64,000 nt of DNA from Bugula neritina. Its lineage: Eukaryota > Animalia > Bryozoa. A program made the position numbers and the translations under genes. How positions within the stretch are numbered: the stretch's first letter is position 1; each line of letters starts with the position of its first letter. Below the pieces are notes generated by a model. It did not search any database and was not told the origin of the DNA. It saw nothing but the letters and a program-made list of their open reading frames with translations. Below are positions 39,472 through 52,614 of the stretch, piece after piece. Where the stretch lies: the NCBI GenBank assembly GCA_964035545.1, contig OZ037765.1:32859504-32923503 (forward strand). The letters are read 5' to 3'.

Positions 39472-42400
39472 CTACTGCTTAGAAACACGTCTACTCCTGA
39501 CTGCATCAGCGTATGAAAAGATCGAGCAACGTGGTTGGGGTGCGTGATTAAGACTTTGTGCACCCGGCGGATGAATTTTGTTTCCATTTCCGCCGATACA
39601 AAAGTTGATATTTCCGTGGTGTTGACAACTCCCACATTTGCTCGATACTTTTCTCGTACGGTTTTCCCCTAGACTTTCATACACGCCGCTTTTAACGCAG
39701 TCGCATATGAAGTCCTTCAAGTATGCGGGGGGTTGCCTCGTACGCTGTCCCCTTTCTAGGGGGGGTGACACGCTTGCTGGTTCGTTAGTAGGGGCCTCTA
39801 ATGGCGTCTCTACTTCACCGTTGGCGGTCACCTCTTCTTGTTCTCCGGATGGAGCCCCTCCCTCCGTGGGGGTTTGCACTTCCGGAACCGGTTCGGTTTC
39901 TGGAAGTGATGGAATTAGACTTGGCGGTGGCGGACACGCTTCTGTTGGTAAAAGCTGCCGCTCCTCTCTCACCAAGTTTTCTTCCTGCGGTATGACCACT
40001 TCGTATTCGGGTCCATTCCGCCGTCGCCCACGCGTTGTTGTCTGCCTCCTGGGCTCTAACAACGGGGGGGCTTCTCCCACTCCGTCGGGGCTAGCCCAAT
40101 ACGGTTTCAAGCGAGACTCATTCTGGATAGACACCTGTCCTGAGCGCTCAATCTTGTACGTATGATTGGGCATAGCCTCGACGACCACGTAGGGGCCTAC
40201 GAACTTAGGCTTCAGTTTATCAGCCTGTCCGCGACGCCTACGGTAATTGACCATCCACACCTTATCTCCCATTTGATAGAGAGGTGGTTCATCGGAATTT
40301 TCGTGCCGCACCTTCCACTGCTGTTGGCGCAGTATATCGTGTGCGGCCTTCATCCGTTCCACTAGTTCACTGGCATACTCGTGAACCGAGTTGTCTTGCT
40401 CTGGAACGTGATAGGTGAGATGGTCAGGGACACGAGTCTCTCTCTCGAGCATCAAGAGGTTTGGGGTCTCACCAGTACTGGTGTGTGGGGTGCTACGGTA
40501 TGCACGCATGACTTGCGGCAACACCGTATCCCATTCCTCTTGACCTCGTCCAAGGAGAAGACTCCGGAGTGCATCACCTAGCATCCGGTTGTTGCGCTCC
40601 ACCACCCCGTTACCTTGAGGGTGGTAGGGGGTGGTCCTGCTCTGATTTACCCCCCAGAGGTGACAAAGGTCGCTCATCAGTTGAGACTGGAATTGAGCGC
40701 CTTGGTCAGAGTGTATCTGTTCGGGGAGCCCAAAATAACAGAATACATGTTGGTCTAGCGCCCTGGCCACTGTTGGGGCTGACGCATCTGGAATAGCCAG
40801 AGCATCCGCCCACCTAGTAAAGTGGTCGGTTAGTACTAGGATCCAATTATTGCCTCTGGGGGTCAGGGGCATGGGTCCGACCAGGTCTACAGCGACTACT
40901 TGCCAGGGCCTACCAGCATATAGCCTCCGCCGTCCTGCTTCACCAGGGGGGCGGCTATGCTTACTGGCCTGGCAGATCTCACACTGTTTGACTCTGAGCC
41001 GGACGTCACGCTCCATTTGTGGCCAATACCACCGGAGTCGTAATTTGGACATCACTCGCTTGACCCCTGCGTGGGCCTGTTTGTGAGTATCCCAAATCAA
41101 CTCACGGCGGATGGCTGTGGGGCAGACTACCCTCTTCCTCTCCGGGTGTCTGCCGCTGGCGGCTAGAGAGATGGTTAGTAACCCATCCTGCCCGATCCGC
41201 AGCGAGTCCCAACGCTGACAGTATAGCCGGAACTCGGCGCATCCCTGTCGTATGCGTTCCTCGCTGGGTCGTCGCCCTTCCCTTTTGGCCCGGTATATGT
41301 CTGCCACGACTCCAGGCAGCTCTTCTTGGAGCTTCTTCAGCTCCCGAACATTACCGGCCAGTACAGGGTTGGCGCGGAGGTTTTGTACATCCTCCGGGGA
41401 CTCATCAACTCTTTGCCTGAGTTGACCTTGGTCCCAGTCAAACGGTGCTTCGTGGTGAACCAGCGTCTCCAACTCGCATCGCGGGGGACCTCCATCCCTC
41501 CTCTCGATGTTGAGACACTGTTTGCAACCTCCGTCAGGTCGGCGACTCAGCCCATCCGCATTGCTGTGTCTCTTGCCCGGTCGATGTTCGATCCGGTATG
41601 AGAATTCAGCTAGGATTTCGAGCCACCGGGCGACCTGACTAGAGGGCTCTGCTCTCTTGCACAACCAGATCAGCGAGGCATGATCCGTACGCAGCCGGAA
41701 CTTCCTGCCATATAGGTATGGTCTGAAGTGCTTCACTGACTTGATTACTGCCAGCAGCTCCTTGCGGGTAGTGCAGTAGTTTCGTTCAGTGGGTGAGAGA
41801 GACTTGCTGTAGTAGGCTACTACTACTTCTCGGCCTTCCTGCACTTGTGACAGCACAGCGCCAACATTTTGGTCACTGGCGTCCGTGTCGAGGATGTACT
41901 CCAGAGTGGGGTCTGGGTAGGCCAAGATGGGCGCCGTTAGTAGGCAGCCCTTGAGGCGGTCGAACGCTTCTTGTTCGACTGGGGTCCACTGCCACGTCAC
42001 TCCCTTTTCGGTGAGCTGGTTTAACGGCTGTGCTATGCCCGCAAAGTCTGGTATGTATTGCCTGTAATACCCTACCAGCCCCAAGAAAGCCCGGAGTCCG
42101 GTCAAGTCTTGGGGGGTGACCCAGTCTTCTACCGCCCGTACCTTTTCGGGATCCGTTGCCACGCCGTTTCGACCGACAACGTGCCCCAGGTACTTGACCT
42201 CCGGCTGCAATAGAGCGCACTTAGAAGGCTTGAGCTTAAGACCGGCACCTCGGAGTCTCTCAAAGACCTCCTGCAGACGACTGACATGTGTCTCGAAGTC
42301 TGGGGAGATCACGATGACATCATCGAGGTAGATCAGCAGTGTCTTCCAATGGAGCCCGCTGAGGACTTGCTCCATCAGCCTCTGGAAGGTGGCCGGGGCG

Positions 42401-44103
42401 GAGGTCAACCCGAAAGGCAGCACCTTCCACTTCCACAAACCGTCCCGTGTGATAAACGCCGCTTTCTCTTGGGCGTCGGGACTCAGAGGAACTTGCCAAT
42501 AGCCGCTTAGCAAGTCTAACGTACTGAAGTACTTGCTGCCGGCTAGGGCGTCCAATGACTCGTCAATACGAGGTAGAGGGTAGGCGTCCTGTATGGTTAC
42601 GCTATTGAGTTTGCGGTAATCCACACAGAACCGCCAACTGCCGTCTTTCTTCCGGACCAGTACGACTGGCGAGCTCCACGCGCTATGGGCGGGCTCTATC
42701 AGTCCCCGATCCAGAAGATCCCGTACTTGTCGGCTAACCTCCTTCTCTTTCTCCGGCCCCAGCCTGCGTGTGGGCTGCCGGACAGGGACTGTCCCTGCAG
42801 TCAGCGGTATTTCGTGTCTGACAATTCCAGTCAGTCCCACGTCATGCTCTCCGCTGCTGAACACATCACCGTAGTCGCGCAGTAACTTAGCCATAACTTG
42901 GCGTTCTCTGTTACTTGCGCAGCCGCTACAGGCTGTGTCATACAACTCCCGGAGATGTGTGGGGACTGCCCCTCGCCCTTGAGTCGGGCACTGAGGGAGT
43001 GCCTCTGTCGCATCACCCAGCGACGGGCCTACGTCTTCCTCCTGAACAGAGTGAAAACGGCCCAGCATCGACCCAGCCGGGAGCTTGATAGGCTCGGTAA
43101 AGGGGTTGACGCACTGCACTAAGATCTCCCCTTGTTCAGTCAGCTGATTCAGACTGCTGGCAAGTTGGATCTTTTCGTGCGCGCCTTCAACCACCCCGAG
43201 TCCAGAGATCCGGCTATTATTCACCCTGCAGTGAATGGTAGCCCGGGAGCGGCCTGGTATGATACGGTTGCGTACCACTTGCACACCTCCCACTAAAGGG
43301 CGGCCGAACTTGTCGACGCAGGCGAGTTCCCGCCCGGACATCATCATTGCAGATCTGCTAAAATCTATGTGACATCCGTGCCGTTTAAGGAACGGCATCC
43401 CGAGGATAGCATCCTCCTTGAGCTGACTGACGATGAACGTCTCTTGGATCGTTTGATCACGGACTCGTCCCGTCAGCTCAATTATACCATAGAAGGGAAG
43501 GCACGACCCGTCAGCTAGGGTGCCGTATTCCCCTTCATATGATTCCATCTCGCCCCTGACCTTAGCACTGAGGGTGTCGAAGAGTTGGCGGCTTAAGAGG
43601 TTTGTGGTACAGCCCGAATCAATGAGGAAAGTAACAGCTTTGCCTTCCAGTTTACCGGGCAAGAAATAGCTGTTCCCATGGGGCTGCACCTGAACTCTCT
43701 CTTCAGGCCCTACTCTCGCAGGGAGTACCTCCCTCGCTTTGGGTCGCGAAGGAGGTCTCTTGGGGCGGTGGTAGGTAGGCCTCGGGGGTGCCGAGGTTAG
43801 ATCCCCGGCTACCTTTGTGGGCTCCCATCCAGATTCTTGGACTCGTAGCCCTGTGAATCTGTTGTGAAGGGGCATAGAAAAGGCAGCCGCGGGGCGAAGC
43901 CCCTTGCCGGTCCGTCGTGGCTGTTGCCACTGTTGGTTGCCAGTACGCGGTACCCGTCTGGGTGACCTGCGTTTCTTCTTCCCTGGGGGTTTCATCGTCG
44001 GCCCGCAGGAGGTGGGAACATCTGCGGGCCGCGGTAGTTTAACCCCTGATTTAGGAAGGGACAGTATCGGCGGAAATGCCCTTGATTTCCGCACTCCCAG
44101 CAA
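39472..44103 (-). CDS. pol: Pol polyprotein (PR-RT-RH-IN)
   Basis: FLIDSGCT protease, LIYLDD RT, DTDAS RNase H, HHCC plus D-D-E integrase (VDLVGP/SDQG/VERNNR), GPY motif; Gypsy domain order. Confidence 0.97.
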   Translation of the reverse strand: MLGVRKSRAFPPILSLPKSGVKLPRPADVPTSCGPTMKPPGKKKRRSPRRVPRTGNQQWQQPRRTGKGLRPAAAFSMPLHNRFTGLRVQESGWEPTKVAGDLTSAPPRPTYHRPKRPPSRPKAREVLPARVGPEERVQVQPHGNSYFLPGKLEGKAVTFLIDSGCTTNLLSRQLFDTLSAKVRGEMESYEGEYGTLADGSCLPFYGIIELTGRVRDQTIQETFIVSQLKEDAILGMPFLKRHGCHIDFSRSAMMMSGRELACVDKFGRPLVGGVQVVRNRIIPGRSRATIHCRVNNSRISGLGVVEGAHEKIQLASSLNQLTEQGEILVQCVNPFTEPIKLPAGSMLGRFHSVQEEDVGPSLGDATEALPQCPTQGRGAVPTHLRELYDTACSGCASNRERQVMAKLLRDYGDVFSSGEHDVGLTGIVRHEIPLTAGTVPVRQPTRRLGPEKEKEVSRQVRDLLDRGLIEPAHSAWSSPVVLVRKKDGSWRFCVDYRKLNSVTIQDAYPLPRIDESLDALAGSKYFSTLDLLSGYWQVPLSPDAQEKAAFITRDGLWKWKVLPFGLTSAPATFQRLMEQVLSGLHWKTLLIYLDDVIVISPDFETHVSRLQEVFERLRGAGLKLKPSKCALLQPEVKYLGHVVGRNGVATDPEKVRAVEDWVTPQDLTGLRAFLGLVGYYRQYIPDFAGIAQPLNQLTEKGVTWQWTPVEQEAFDRLKGCLLTAPILAYPDPTLEYILDTDASDQNVGAVLSQVQEGREVVVAYYSKSLSPTERNYCTTRKELLAVIKSVKHFRPYLYGRKFRLRTDHASLIWLCKRAEPSSQVARWLEILAEFSYRIEHRPGKRHSNADGLSRRPDGGCKQCLNIERRDGGPPRCELETLVHHEAPFDWDQGQLRQRVDESPEDVQNLRANPVLAGNVRELKKLQEELPGVVADIYRAKREGRRPSEERIRQGCAEFRLYCQRWDSLRIGQDGLLTISLAASGRHPERKRVVCPTAIRRELIWDTHKQAHAGVKRVMSKLRLRWYWPQMERDVRLRVKQCEICQASKHSRPPGEAGRRRLYAGRPWQVVAVDLVGPMPLTPRGNNWILVLTDHFTRWADALAIPDASAPTVARALDQHVFCYFGLPEQIHSDQGAQFQSQLMSDLCHLWGVNQSRTTPYHPQGNGVVERNNRMLGDALRSLLLGRGQEEWDTVLPQVMRAYRSTPHTSTGETPNLLMLERETRVPDHLTYHVPEQDNSVHEYASELVERMKAAHDILRQQQWKVRHENSDEPPLYQMGDKVWMVNYRRRRGQADKLKPKFVGPYVVVEAMPNHTYKIERSGQVSIQNESRLKPYWASPDGVGEAPPLLEPRRQTTTRGRRRNGPEYEVVIPQEENLVREERQLLPTEACPPPPSLIPSLPETEPVPEVQTPTEGGAPSGEQEEVTANGEVETPLEAPTNEPASVSPPLERGQRTRQPPAYLKDFICDCVKSGVYESLGENRTRKVSSKCGSCQHHGNINFCIGGNGNKIHPPGAQSLNHAPQPRCSIFSYADAVRSRRVSKQ

Positions 44104-44945
44104 AAACTGACTGTTTCTCCCTGTGGCGGCGCCGATGGCCGCATGGGCTCAGGGGCGGTACTCACTGGGTTTTGTGGTGTCAGTGTTGCTATCAGCTTGG
44201 CTAGCATGTCTGTCAGTTGAGTGACTTTCGATGCCGTCGCCAACTGGGACACGGCAGCCGCGGCGGGGGTTTCCTCCCCTTGTCCCGCGGCCGTGTCTGC
44301 GCGGTCTATCTCCACTTGACGGGAGCTTCCGCGATTTTTATGCATTTGATTAGCTAGGAGGTAAGCTTCCCCCTCAGTCAGAGCATCTTCAACGGTGGTG
44401 ACTCCCCTAGCTAGAAACTGGTGGTGGAGACCCAGATCGTCGACAGATGCTATGAAAGCGTCGAGGGTATACCTCTCGCGGTTGACTGGGGGCAAGTCGC
44501 TGTACGCGATCTGTGCCAGCTTCATGATCGCGGCGGCATGCTCCCGCAGCGGGGTGCGGGGATCACGCCGCAACCTCTGCAATCGGGCCCTGGCATCTGT
44601 AGCAGGGAGGCCGAAGCGGGCCCGCAGAGAAGCAAAGATATTATCAATGTCTACGCCCAGCCCATAAGGCTTGGCTTTGTCCATCAATGCCATTCTAAGC
44701 TTCAGCAAGGCCACCCTAGGGGGCCACTGGGCGACGTCCATTACGTCGCTAAACTCTTGGATAAATTGTTCCACCTCCTCTTCACCCGTGAAGGTGGGCG
44801 CCTTTAACCGGTAGCGGTCCTCAGCTAGTTCTCGCGGAACCCTTCGCTCTTCTACTACATGGTTAACAGGCATTGTCTCTACAGCATTGTCTCTACGCTC
44901 ACCTTCTATTGCCGGTGGTTGAGTTCCAGCATTTTCAGTCTCCAT
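43992..44945 (-). CDS. gag: Gag
   Basis: 317 aa upstream of and overlapping pol; CCHC knuckle CWECGNQGHFRRYC. Confidence 0.93.
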   Translation of the reverse strand: METENAGTQPPAIEGERRDNAVETMPVNHVVEERRVPRELAEDRYRLKAPTFTGEEEVEQFIQEFSDVMDVAQWPPRVALLKLRMALMDKAKPYGLGVDIDNIFASLRARFGLPATDARARLQRLRRDPRTPLREHAAAIMKLAQIAYSDLPPVNRERYTLDAFIASVDDLGLHHQFLARGVTTVEDALTEGEAYLLANQMHKNRGSSRQVEIDRADTAAGQGEETPAAAAVSQLATASKVTQLTDMLAKLIATLTPQNPVSTAPEPMRPSAPPQGETVSFCWECGNQGHFRRYCPFLNQGLNYRGPQMFPPPAGRR

Positions 44946-44957
44946 CTTGGATGCACT

Positions 44958-44975
44958 ATCCCACTGCTGCCACCA
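44958..44975 (-). promoter_or_regulatory. Primer-binding site (tRNA-Leu type, TGGTGGCAGCAGTGGGAT)
   Basis: 1 nt from the 5' LTR, begins TGG, complementary to the eukaryotic tRNA-Leu 3' end. Confidence 0.8.
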
Positions 44976-44976
44976 C

Positions 44977-45281
44977 TGTTAAGATTTTCAGATTTAGGGT
45001 TGATGTGCTATCCAGAGAGTCTATTTATTTGCTATAGAACTGCACCAGGATAAGTCGAGTGAACGAGTATATTTTACACACAATTATACATTATAAAAAC
45101 GATACATTATATTCAAACAAGTTACACATCTAATCTATTTGACACTCTAGCTTCGACTGCCTTAGCAGCGGGAAACTATAATTGCTGCTAACTATCAAAC
45201 ACGCTAATTGGCTATCCATTGTTCCGGGTCAATTACGCGACCCTACATGTTGTGCTGCTGGTAGTTCCACGAACCACCACA
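44977..45281 (-). repeat. 5' LTR
   Basis: Direct repeat of 37774-38078. Confidence 0.97.
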
Positions 45282-47389
45282 GTAGTACTAGTGTTAGTAG
45301 TAGTATTAGTGGTAATAGTAATGGGACTGCAATCTTAGATGTAAGTTCTAGCTGCTTTGCCTAACTGATTATAAGCACTTTACACCGACTCTGCTTTATA
45401 TCATCTGAAGCTGTGCGGTGTATATTTATTTATTTATTTGCTTTTTTTTTTTTTCCTTTTTTTCTTTCCTGGCAGTAACTAGCTATTGAGCTTTGAATCA
45501 AAGCATAATTAACTATATTCTTATCTCGTAGACAAAATGGTTTTCTTCCTTACTACTGATAATTTAAACAATTGTTCATACACCACTGCATCTCGATAAA
45601 GGAGCCAAAGCGCTCCGAGTGAGATTAATTAGATGAGATGAGATGAGATGAGATAATGAAATACTAATAGTAAAAGTATAAGTATAACTTTTGCATATTT
45701 AGTTTTACTATAAGTGTAAATATGATTAGTAATAGTAAAACTCAAAGTATATACATTAACTCAGTTTAGCATTAATGATAAAATATAATAATTATAATAA
45801 AGTAATATGATCACCATTGCGATTATAATTAAAATTCTTAGTAACACTTTTATGAGACTCAGTTTAATTTAATAATATTAAACATTAGTTTGGCTACTAC
45901 AAATAACTAATAAGTGCTACTATAGGTAACTGTAAGGATAAGTATAAATTTAACTATAACATAAACTATCAGCAATAATAATATATCATATTAGTATTAA
46001 ACTATATATAGATAATGCAAATCATAGATCATACCTCATGATAGTTATTCCTAATGATCACATTTTTATATGCTGATGCTAATAAGTAGTAATTTTAAAT
46101 TTGATAACTCATAAATGATGAATAAGGTAACAAGAATAATACTGGACCTAATAATACTATTAGTCCTACTACAAGGATTTTATTTTTTTATATGTGTAAT
46201 ACGCTTCTTTTATTAATACTGCTGCTCAAAGTTAGTGTTAATAAATTATATAGTTAAATGTTGTTGAAGGAATAAATTAGTTCATAACATAAACATTGCA
46301 CCATGTGAATATGAAATTTAATATGAATATCCCAGTTACACTTGCTGTTGCTCTTTAGAGACTAGAGTTATAACTTATAACTATGATATAATAATGCATA
46401 CCATTATTTTAACTAATCATATTACTCAGCTAATGTTAATGATAACTGTAAGTCTAAAAACCATTACGGTTATAGGTGTCACTGACTAATATTATTATTA
46501 ATATAATCATTCGTTTTATACTTGTACCTATATTTATATTTATACTTATACCTATTCTTATACCTATGCTCATATTTATAATTTCACGTATGCTTGTACA
46601 TTTTGCTCATAGTATCAGGGTGGCAATCGAAAAGTAATAATCGATATGTTAATCTAATATAATAGAACCAACTGCACTAATATAGTTGTATATTATTATT
46701 ATTGTTGATTGACCGCAGTTTTTCAGCTGGTGTAAACAAATATTTTTTGACAAGTAATATAGTATTTAATTATATTTTTTAGTCAAAGAAATTTGTTTGG
46801 TTTCTTGTGTCATCTTGAATAGCTTGTTATTCATTATCTTTTTCTTCGTGTTATGACTATGAGTGTATATAACCTTTTCTGACAGGTTTTTCCCCCCATC
46901 ACTATATGTTTCTCTGTTTACTCTCTAACAGTTTTATTTCCGTTCATTTTTTAGAGTTTACTAAAATGACATGGGTGTGCTTTGTTGTGGCTCCTAATTG
47001 AGCGCATCCGTAGAGATTATTGGAAGTTTTGTTGAAACTGAGCTGAGGCCTCTTACTCCTAAAGGCAAGAATTTGAGTAATCTTAGCTACTTGTAGCATA
47101 TCAACATCGAACAGCACCATTCCACTACTCTAAGCTTAAGGTTTTGGCTGCATTAGATCAACAGGTAAGTTTAATAGTTTGTATTCCGTACACTATTTCA
47201 TGATGTCTGTTCAGCATTTACTTGGTAGCACACATTTATAGATTTTGCATTCTTTTAGTTTTTTGCAGTACAACTTTTCTACGCAACTATTACACTGTTG
47301 TTGCTGTTAATTGTAGTTTATTCTGCTTGACCATGCAATTATTGAATTATGTTGCAGAGGTGATTGGGTCTTTTTATTTAATTTAGTAC

Positions 47390-47790
47390 ACACTGGAAAT
47401 CTGCAGTTTTTAGCCATGTTTACAATTTAGCTGCTAATGAACAATGCTTTTTGCTTAAAATTAGTGAGACATCAAAAAATACACCTAAATAATCAAGGTT
47501 CTTCTTAATTTTGCATGATTTCTCATGTTTTTTCATATTTATTCATTTCATTTGGATTGCCTACTGTTACAAACTAACCGTGGCGATCCGCAGTCAGAAG
47601 TTGCTGTAATTAGAAAAAAGCATAAGAAATCAAAGAAAATTAAAAAGAGCCTCGATTATTTAGGTGTATTCATTGATATTTTTTTTGTTTCGGGCCAAAA
47701 CTCATGTTCATTAGCAAAAACTTGAGATCTTCAGTATGTACTATAACTTAAGTAAAATGAACCAATTGCAGTAAATTTCTGCATTTTCTA
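47390..47790. mobile_element. Diverged foldback MITE (long imperfect inverted arms), related to 63400-63755
   Basis: tacacctaaataatcaaggttcttcttaattttg / aaaattaaaaagagcctcgattatttaggtgta inverted pair; left end resembles 63402-63450. Confidence 0.6.
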
Positions 47791-50700
47791 ATACTTCTTA
47801 AATTTACACCTAAAATAGTGCTGTCTTAAGAAAATGACACTAGCTGCTGTTTTCATGTATGTGCCCCAATTGTATATAATGCTGTTGATTTGTTTTGTGC
47901 TTTTTCTATTTGTTTGTTATATAACTTTTCTTTTAAGGTTGTTGCCAGCACCTAAAGCATGAAGTTGGTTTAAAAGAGAATATTTAGAAGAAGAAACTGA
48001 TGAACTTTATTGAAGGTGATCAAGCAGGTAATGCACATGATTAATAATAGAAAGCTCCTTTAAATTTATTTATGTTGGTAAAGTTTTATTTTGGTAATCT
48101 AAATATTGATTGTAACTATGTTATTTTCATTGCTAAAACATGCAAAAGTAAGTTTCGAAAGGTTTGTTAGTCACAATAACAAAAATCTAATATCCATTCC
48201 TAAGTAAGTCATGAAAAATATTTGCTTATGATCAATCTTTTTATTGAGGTAAAGTACTTGACTGCATGGAGAAATTTTTAAATCTACAATAATAATTATT
48301 CTGACCACCAAACATGGTTAACACAAAGAATTTCATATTTTGTTATTTAGGTAACATTGTTTCACAAGCCTTAGATATATTATTCTTGCTTCTTGGTAAG
48401 CATTGTACTAGGTAATGTGCATTTAGGCATTATTTGGGCTGACTTCAAAACCAAATCCTCCAGCATTCCTTTGCAATTTTGTTGCTAAATTATTATTTTT
48501 ATTTTTAGATTTAGCTGAGGGCAGCAGAGCAGTCAAGAGTCATCAACTATGTACTCAGTTTCATAACAGGTCTAAAGACTAGGTTAGTAATGTTGTCATT
48601 TTATGAGACTTGCATATATGCTGCACATGTATCTTTTGCCTTTAAATTCTATCTGAGTGAGTAAAAAAGTTATTCTCATTATTCATTAGTGTCAATTAAT
48701 TTCTACTCACAGTTTTACTGTTACATGGTTTATAAAGCCCTTGTGTCAACTTTTCTAGATATCCTGGTTAAAATTGTTCCACTTGATGAATGGCATAGGG
48801 CATATGCAATAGCAAAACAGTTGCAGGCTGTTTTGGAAAAAAAATTGTACATATAACCTTTATTTTATACATGTTATTTAGGCTTTGGTAGAACTGTTGG
48901 AGAGCCTTCCTCTTGAATAAAGCTACTCAACTTCCCGGATTCTACTTTATTGACATTAACCCACTACCTACAAAACGCCTTGAAATTTAGCTAATAGGTT
49001 ATGTATTTTGTGATTTTTTTTAAATGTACAATGTTATGTATAAATTACAATCAGTTTATATATATATATACATGTCTTCTACTACTTAGTATTACAATGT
49101 AAAAAGCATTTTAGGGTTAACAATTTAATTAATTGGCCCTAACAGTAATTATGTATAATACAGATTTGCAGATGCTTTAAATGAACCCAAAAAACTGATG
49201 TTGTTAAACCGTGTACAAAATAGTCACCTCATATCAGCCAGACATGCTTAGTCATTACCTAGCATTAAAATCATATTATGAATGCAGTCAAGTTTTGATA
49301 TGCATCCCTGTTATTGATAGTTTGTGAACCAGCAATTAAATATCAAGAAGCAATATTACTAACCAATGTGCTGGTTAAAGAGTTTCAAGTTGTAGTTATA
49401 GTATCAAACTATTATAATGGCATAAAAACTATCAGTTAAAACATCTTATTAATATTTACTACAGGAATACATATTATAGGTGTGCTAAAAATCTGGTAGA
49501 AGCATCAATTATTTTAGATGTTTTGGATTTAATATCTCTGTACTATAATGTAATATATACAGAACATCAGGTGCTGTCTCCACAGTGCATTGATGGCACT
49601 AATGAATATTAATACATGCAGGCAGTGTTGGTAATGATTTATTGAAATAGGAGTTTAAAAACTGTTTAAACAACAATGAAAAGCCTGAGATTAGTCCAAG
49701 GAGAGGGGTATTTCAAGCTAGCAGATGAGCAATATAGATGCGAAAGTCTTGCCTAAAAATCATTATTGTTATATCTAGTCATTAATTTCTTGCAATAGAT
49801 CTATTTCACTATTGAGAAGAACAAAATTAGCTAGTAAACACTGTAATAGAGTCAAGGCACTTTGGCAGTGCTAGTTAAAAATAAACCTGGGATAGTCAAA
49901 TAGCAGAAGTACTTTTTGATGCATAATATAATTATGTACAGCTTAAGCTTTTGCAATACTGTGTTTTCAGTGAGATATTAATTTCAATAGCTACATTAAA
50001 ATAATGTACAATTCTAGCAAGTGATGCAAAATCTTCTAAGATGCTATGACTGAAGCAGTTTGCTACTAGTCTCAAGTAACAAACCAAATAGCCTTTCTTT
50101 GTACCATCATCCAAATGCCAAACAAATAACTCATTCATTCTGTAACAACAAGGTGGTCTCCCAAGTAGATTGTTAGACATTTCAGGCATTAATAACCAAA
50201 GGCTTTTCACTTTGGCATAATTGTATAGTTACCCAGCTAAATAAATAATGTATTCATGGTATTGTAATTGCAAGCCATGCATTTATCTGTGAATGCAGCT
50301 AAGTAGTTAATACGGCCATATATTTATGTACTATGTAGCAATGCCTAATGTAGCTGTCAAGCTTCTACTTATACTCATTTTACTGATGCTTTACTTCTGA
50401 TTACATGATTACAAACATATCAGTTCAAACAAAATTATTTTAGATAGGAATAAATATAATGCTCCTAGCAAATGTTGTAAAACTATTTTCCAAAAACATA
50501 TACTTTGCAAACAAACTTTTCAGAAAGTTATAATGCATTTATCATATTATTGTTTCATTTAAAAGTTATAATGATAGAATAATATAATTAAAACACACTC
50601 AAATTTTTAGATTCTTGTAATATTGTTAAACAAGAGTTAAACATCGTAGGCATCCAGGTTATTTTGATAAAATCAATTACTGTTAATTAAAAGATCATAC

Positions 50701-52614
50701 TTTTTTAGTTGCATTCACAAAATATATACAAAAAATCTCAACTCAATATACCAGAAAAAATGAATTAAAATATATGTGTTAATAGCACTGAGATTGACGT
50801 GACCGTGGCGCATGAAAAATCTGAAAGAAGAGTTGTCTTCTATTTTTCTATATTAATATATAGAGCTTGTCGTGAAAATGAAGATTTTTTAAAAAAAATA
50901 TTGTGATCCTCTGGTAACTTCCTGAATTTAGAAAATTAACTCATATATTTCTTTTCATGTGGACAACAGCTCACTTTTTTTTAAATTTATTTTGAAGCTC
51001 TTTTCGTAAAAAATAATCAAAAGTAAAAAATCCAAAATTTTTACAAATTGGTTCGGGGCTTGACGTGAAAGGCATTTGGACGAAGATGTCAAGGTCACCA
51101 TTAATAAATTTATTTTATCACAATTCACAATACTGCACAGAAAGTTAATGAAGTGGGCTGAAAATTAGGTTGCTAGCATATTCATATTGATATGCATTAT
51201 ATTGATTGTTACAGTATTATTTTTTAAATGTGTTTTGTTATCAGTTATGTTTAACTTCTTTATAGAGCTGCTGTTAGACTAAGACTAAGAGTAAGACATA
51301 ATATTAGCAACAATGAATGATTCAATGATAATATTAATAATTAATATCACTTTAATATTAAATTAAAATTATTATTAAATTGAAATTCACGGTGACGTAT
51401 CACTATCACTATGAGTATGAGTATCGTACAAATTAATTATGAGTATGAGTATTACTATGACATTAACTCAATCAGTGATTGACTATTAGTATTACTATGA
51501 ATATGACTGTGCATAACTCAATCACAATGAGAATATCAATATGAATATGGCTTCTAATTCTTGTAACTTTTGACTATCACTATGATGATGCTGATAGTGA
51601 TAATCACTGCCAGCCCAAGTCTCATACTCATAGTGATACTATTACTATTGTCTATTAGTATTAATAACTAGTATTACTATTAGTACAACTACTAGTACTG
51701 TACTAGTATTACTCATAGTTCTGATAATGATGGAGATAATAGTTTTAAAAGTTCTACTTCTACTTTTATAGTAACTGTGAGCTAGATTGTATATGTTGAA
51801 CTCTACTCATTTTTTACTACTAATGCTAATACTAATAGTAATAGTAATACTAATAATAATTATAGTTGTTATAATGATAGTAATACTAATAGTAATAATA
51901 ACTATTTCAATTTGATAATTTATGTTTTACAACAGCATTATCGCTTATCAATTACATTGGTTCATAATATGATTATTTTAATTTTGCTTTGTGTGTTTTT
52001 TCATGTTGTAAATTTAAGTTCGTATGGTTATTTAATGAACTAGAGAACTAGCCAAATGTTATGTACCGATTGCAATAATTTACTATAAACTCAGTGAAAT
52101 TTAAAACCTAATTGATATTACTATGACATTGATTGTACAGAGGTAGCTAAAATATACATTAAATTACCAATAATTTTAACTCGCCAATACACTATGAGTA
52201 GAACAGTCAAATGCAATGATAGAAAATTAATTAGTCATAGCAGCCCGTTGCTTGAGGAACATTGAGCTACAGGTCTAAAATGATTTAGTTTTGTGATCCC
52301 TTATATAACAAAATAATTTTTTTTAAACTGGTTTAATACTTTTATTATAAACACGCTTATCAAAGTAACATGTTTTTGATGTATATTCTATTAAAAAAGC
52401 AATCACATCAGGTTTTCAATTTGTATGTTGTACAAAGTTTATTATGGTGACAAGTTACTAAATTATATGGTTCAGCTTTGTAAAGTAAAGCTGATAAAAT
52501 AAATACAATTATGTGATTGTTTTACTGCTATATATTAAATTTAAATGAGTTGAATAATATCCTAGTGCATTGAATTAGATATTTTTTTTAGCTTTGGTAC
52601 ACCTGTTTGTTATA

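Larger units (their letters stand above)
37774..45281 (-). mobile_element. Full-length young Gypsy (Metaviridae) LTR retrotransposon, 7.5 kb
   Basis: 305-bp LTRs at 37774-38078 and 44977-45281 (TG..CA, one visible mismatch), 4-bp TSD GTAG, tRNA-Leu-type PBS next to the 5' LTR, G-rich PPT next to the 3' LTR, open gag and pol. Confidence 0.97.

Noticed and set aside
39638-44807. Many + strand and alternative-frame ORFs within the Gypsy element
   Set aside because: Shadow ORFs of GC-rich gag/pol with no motifs
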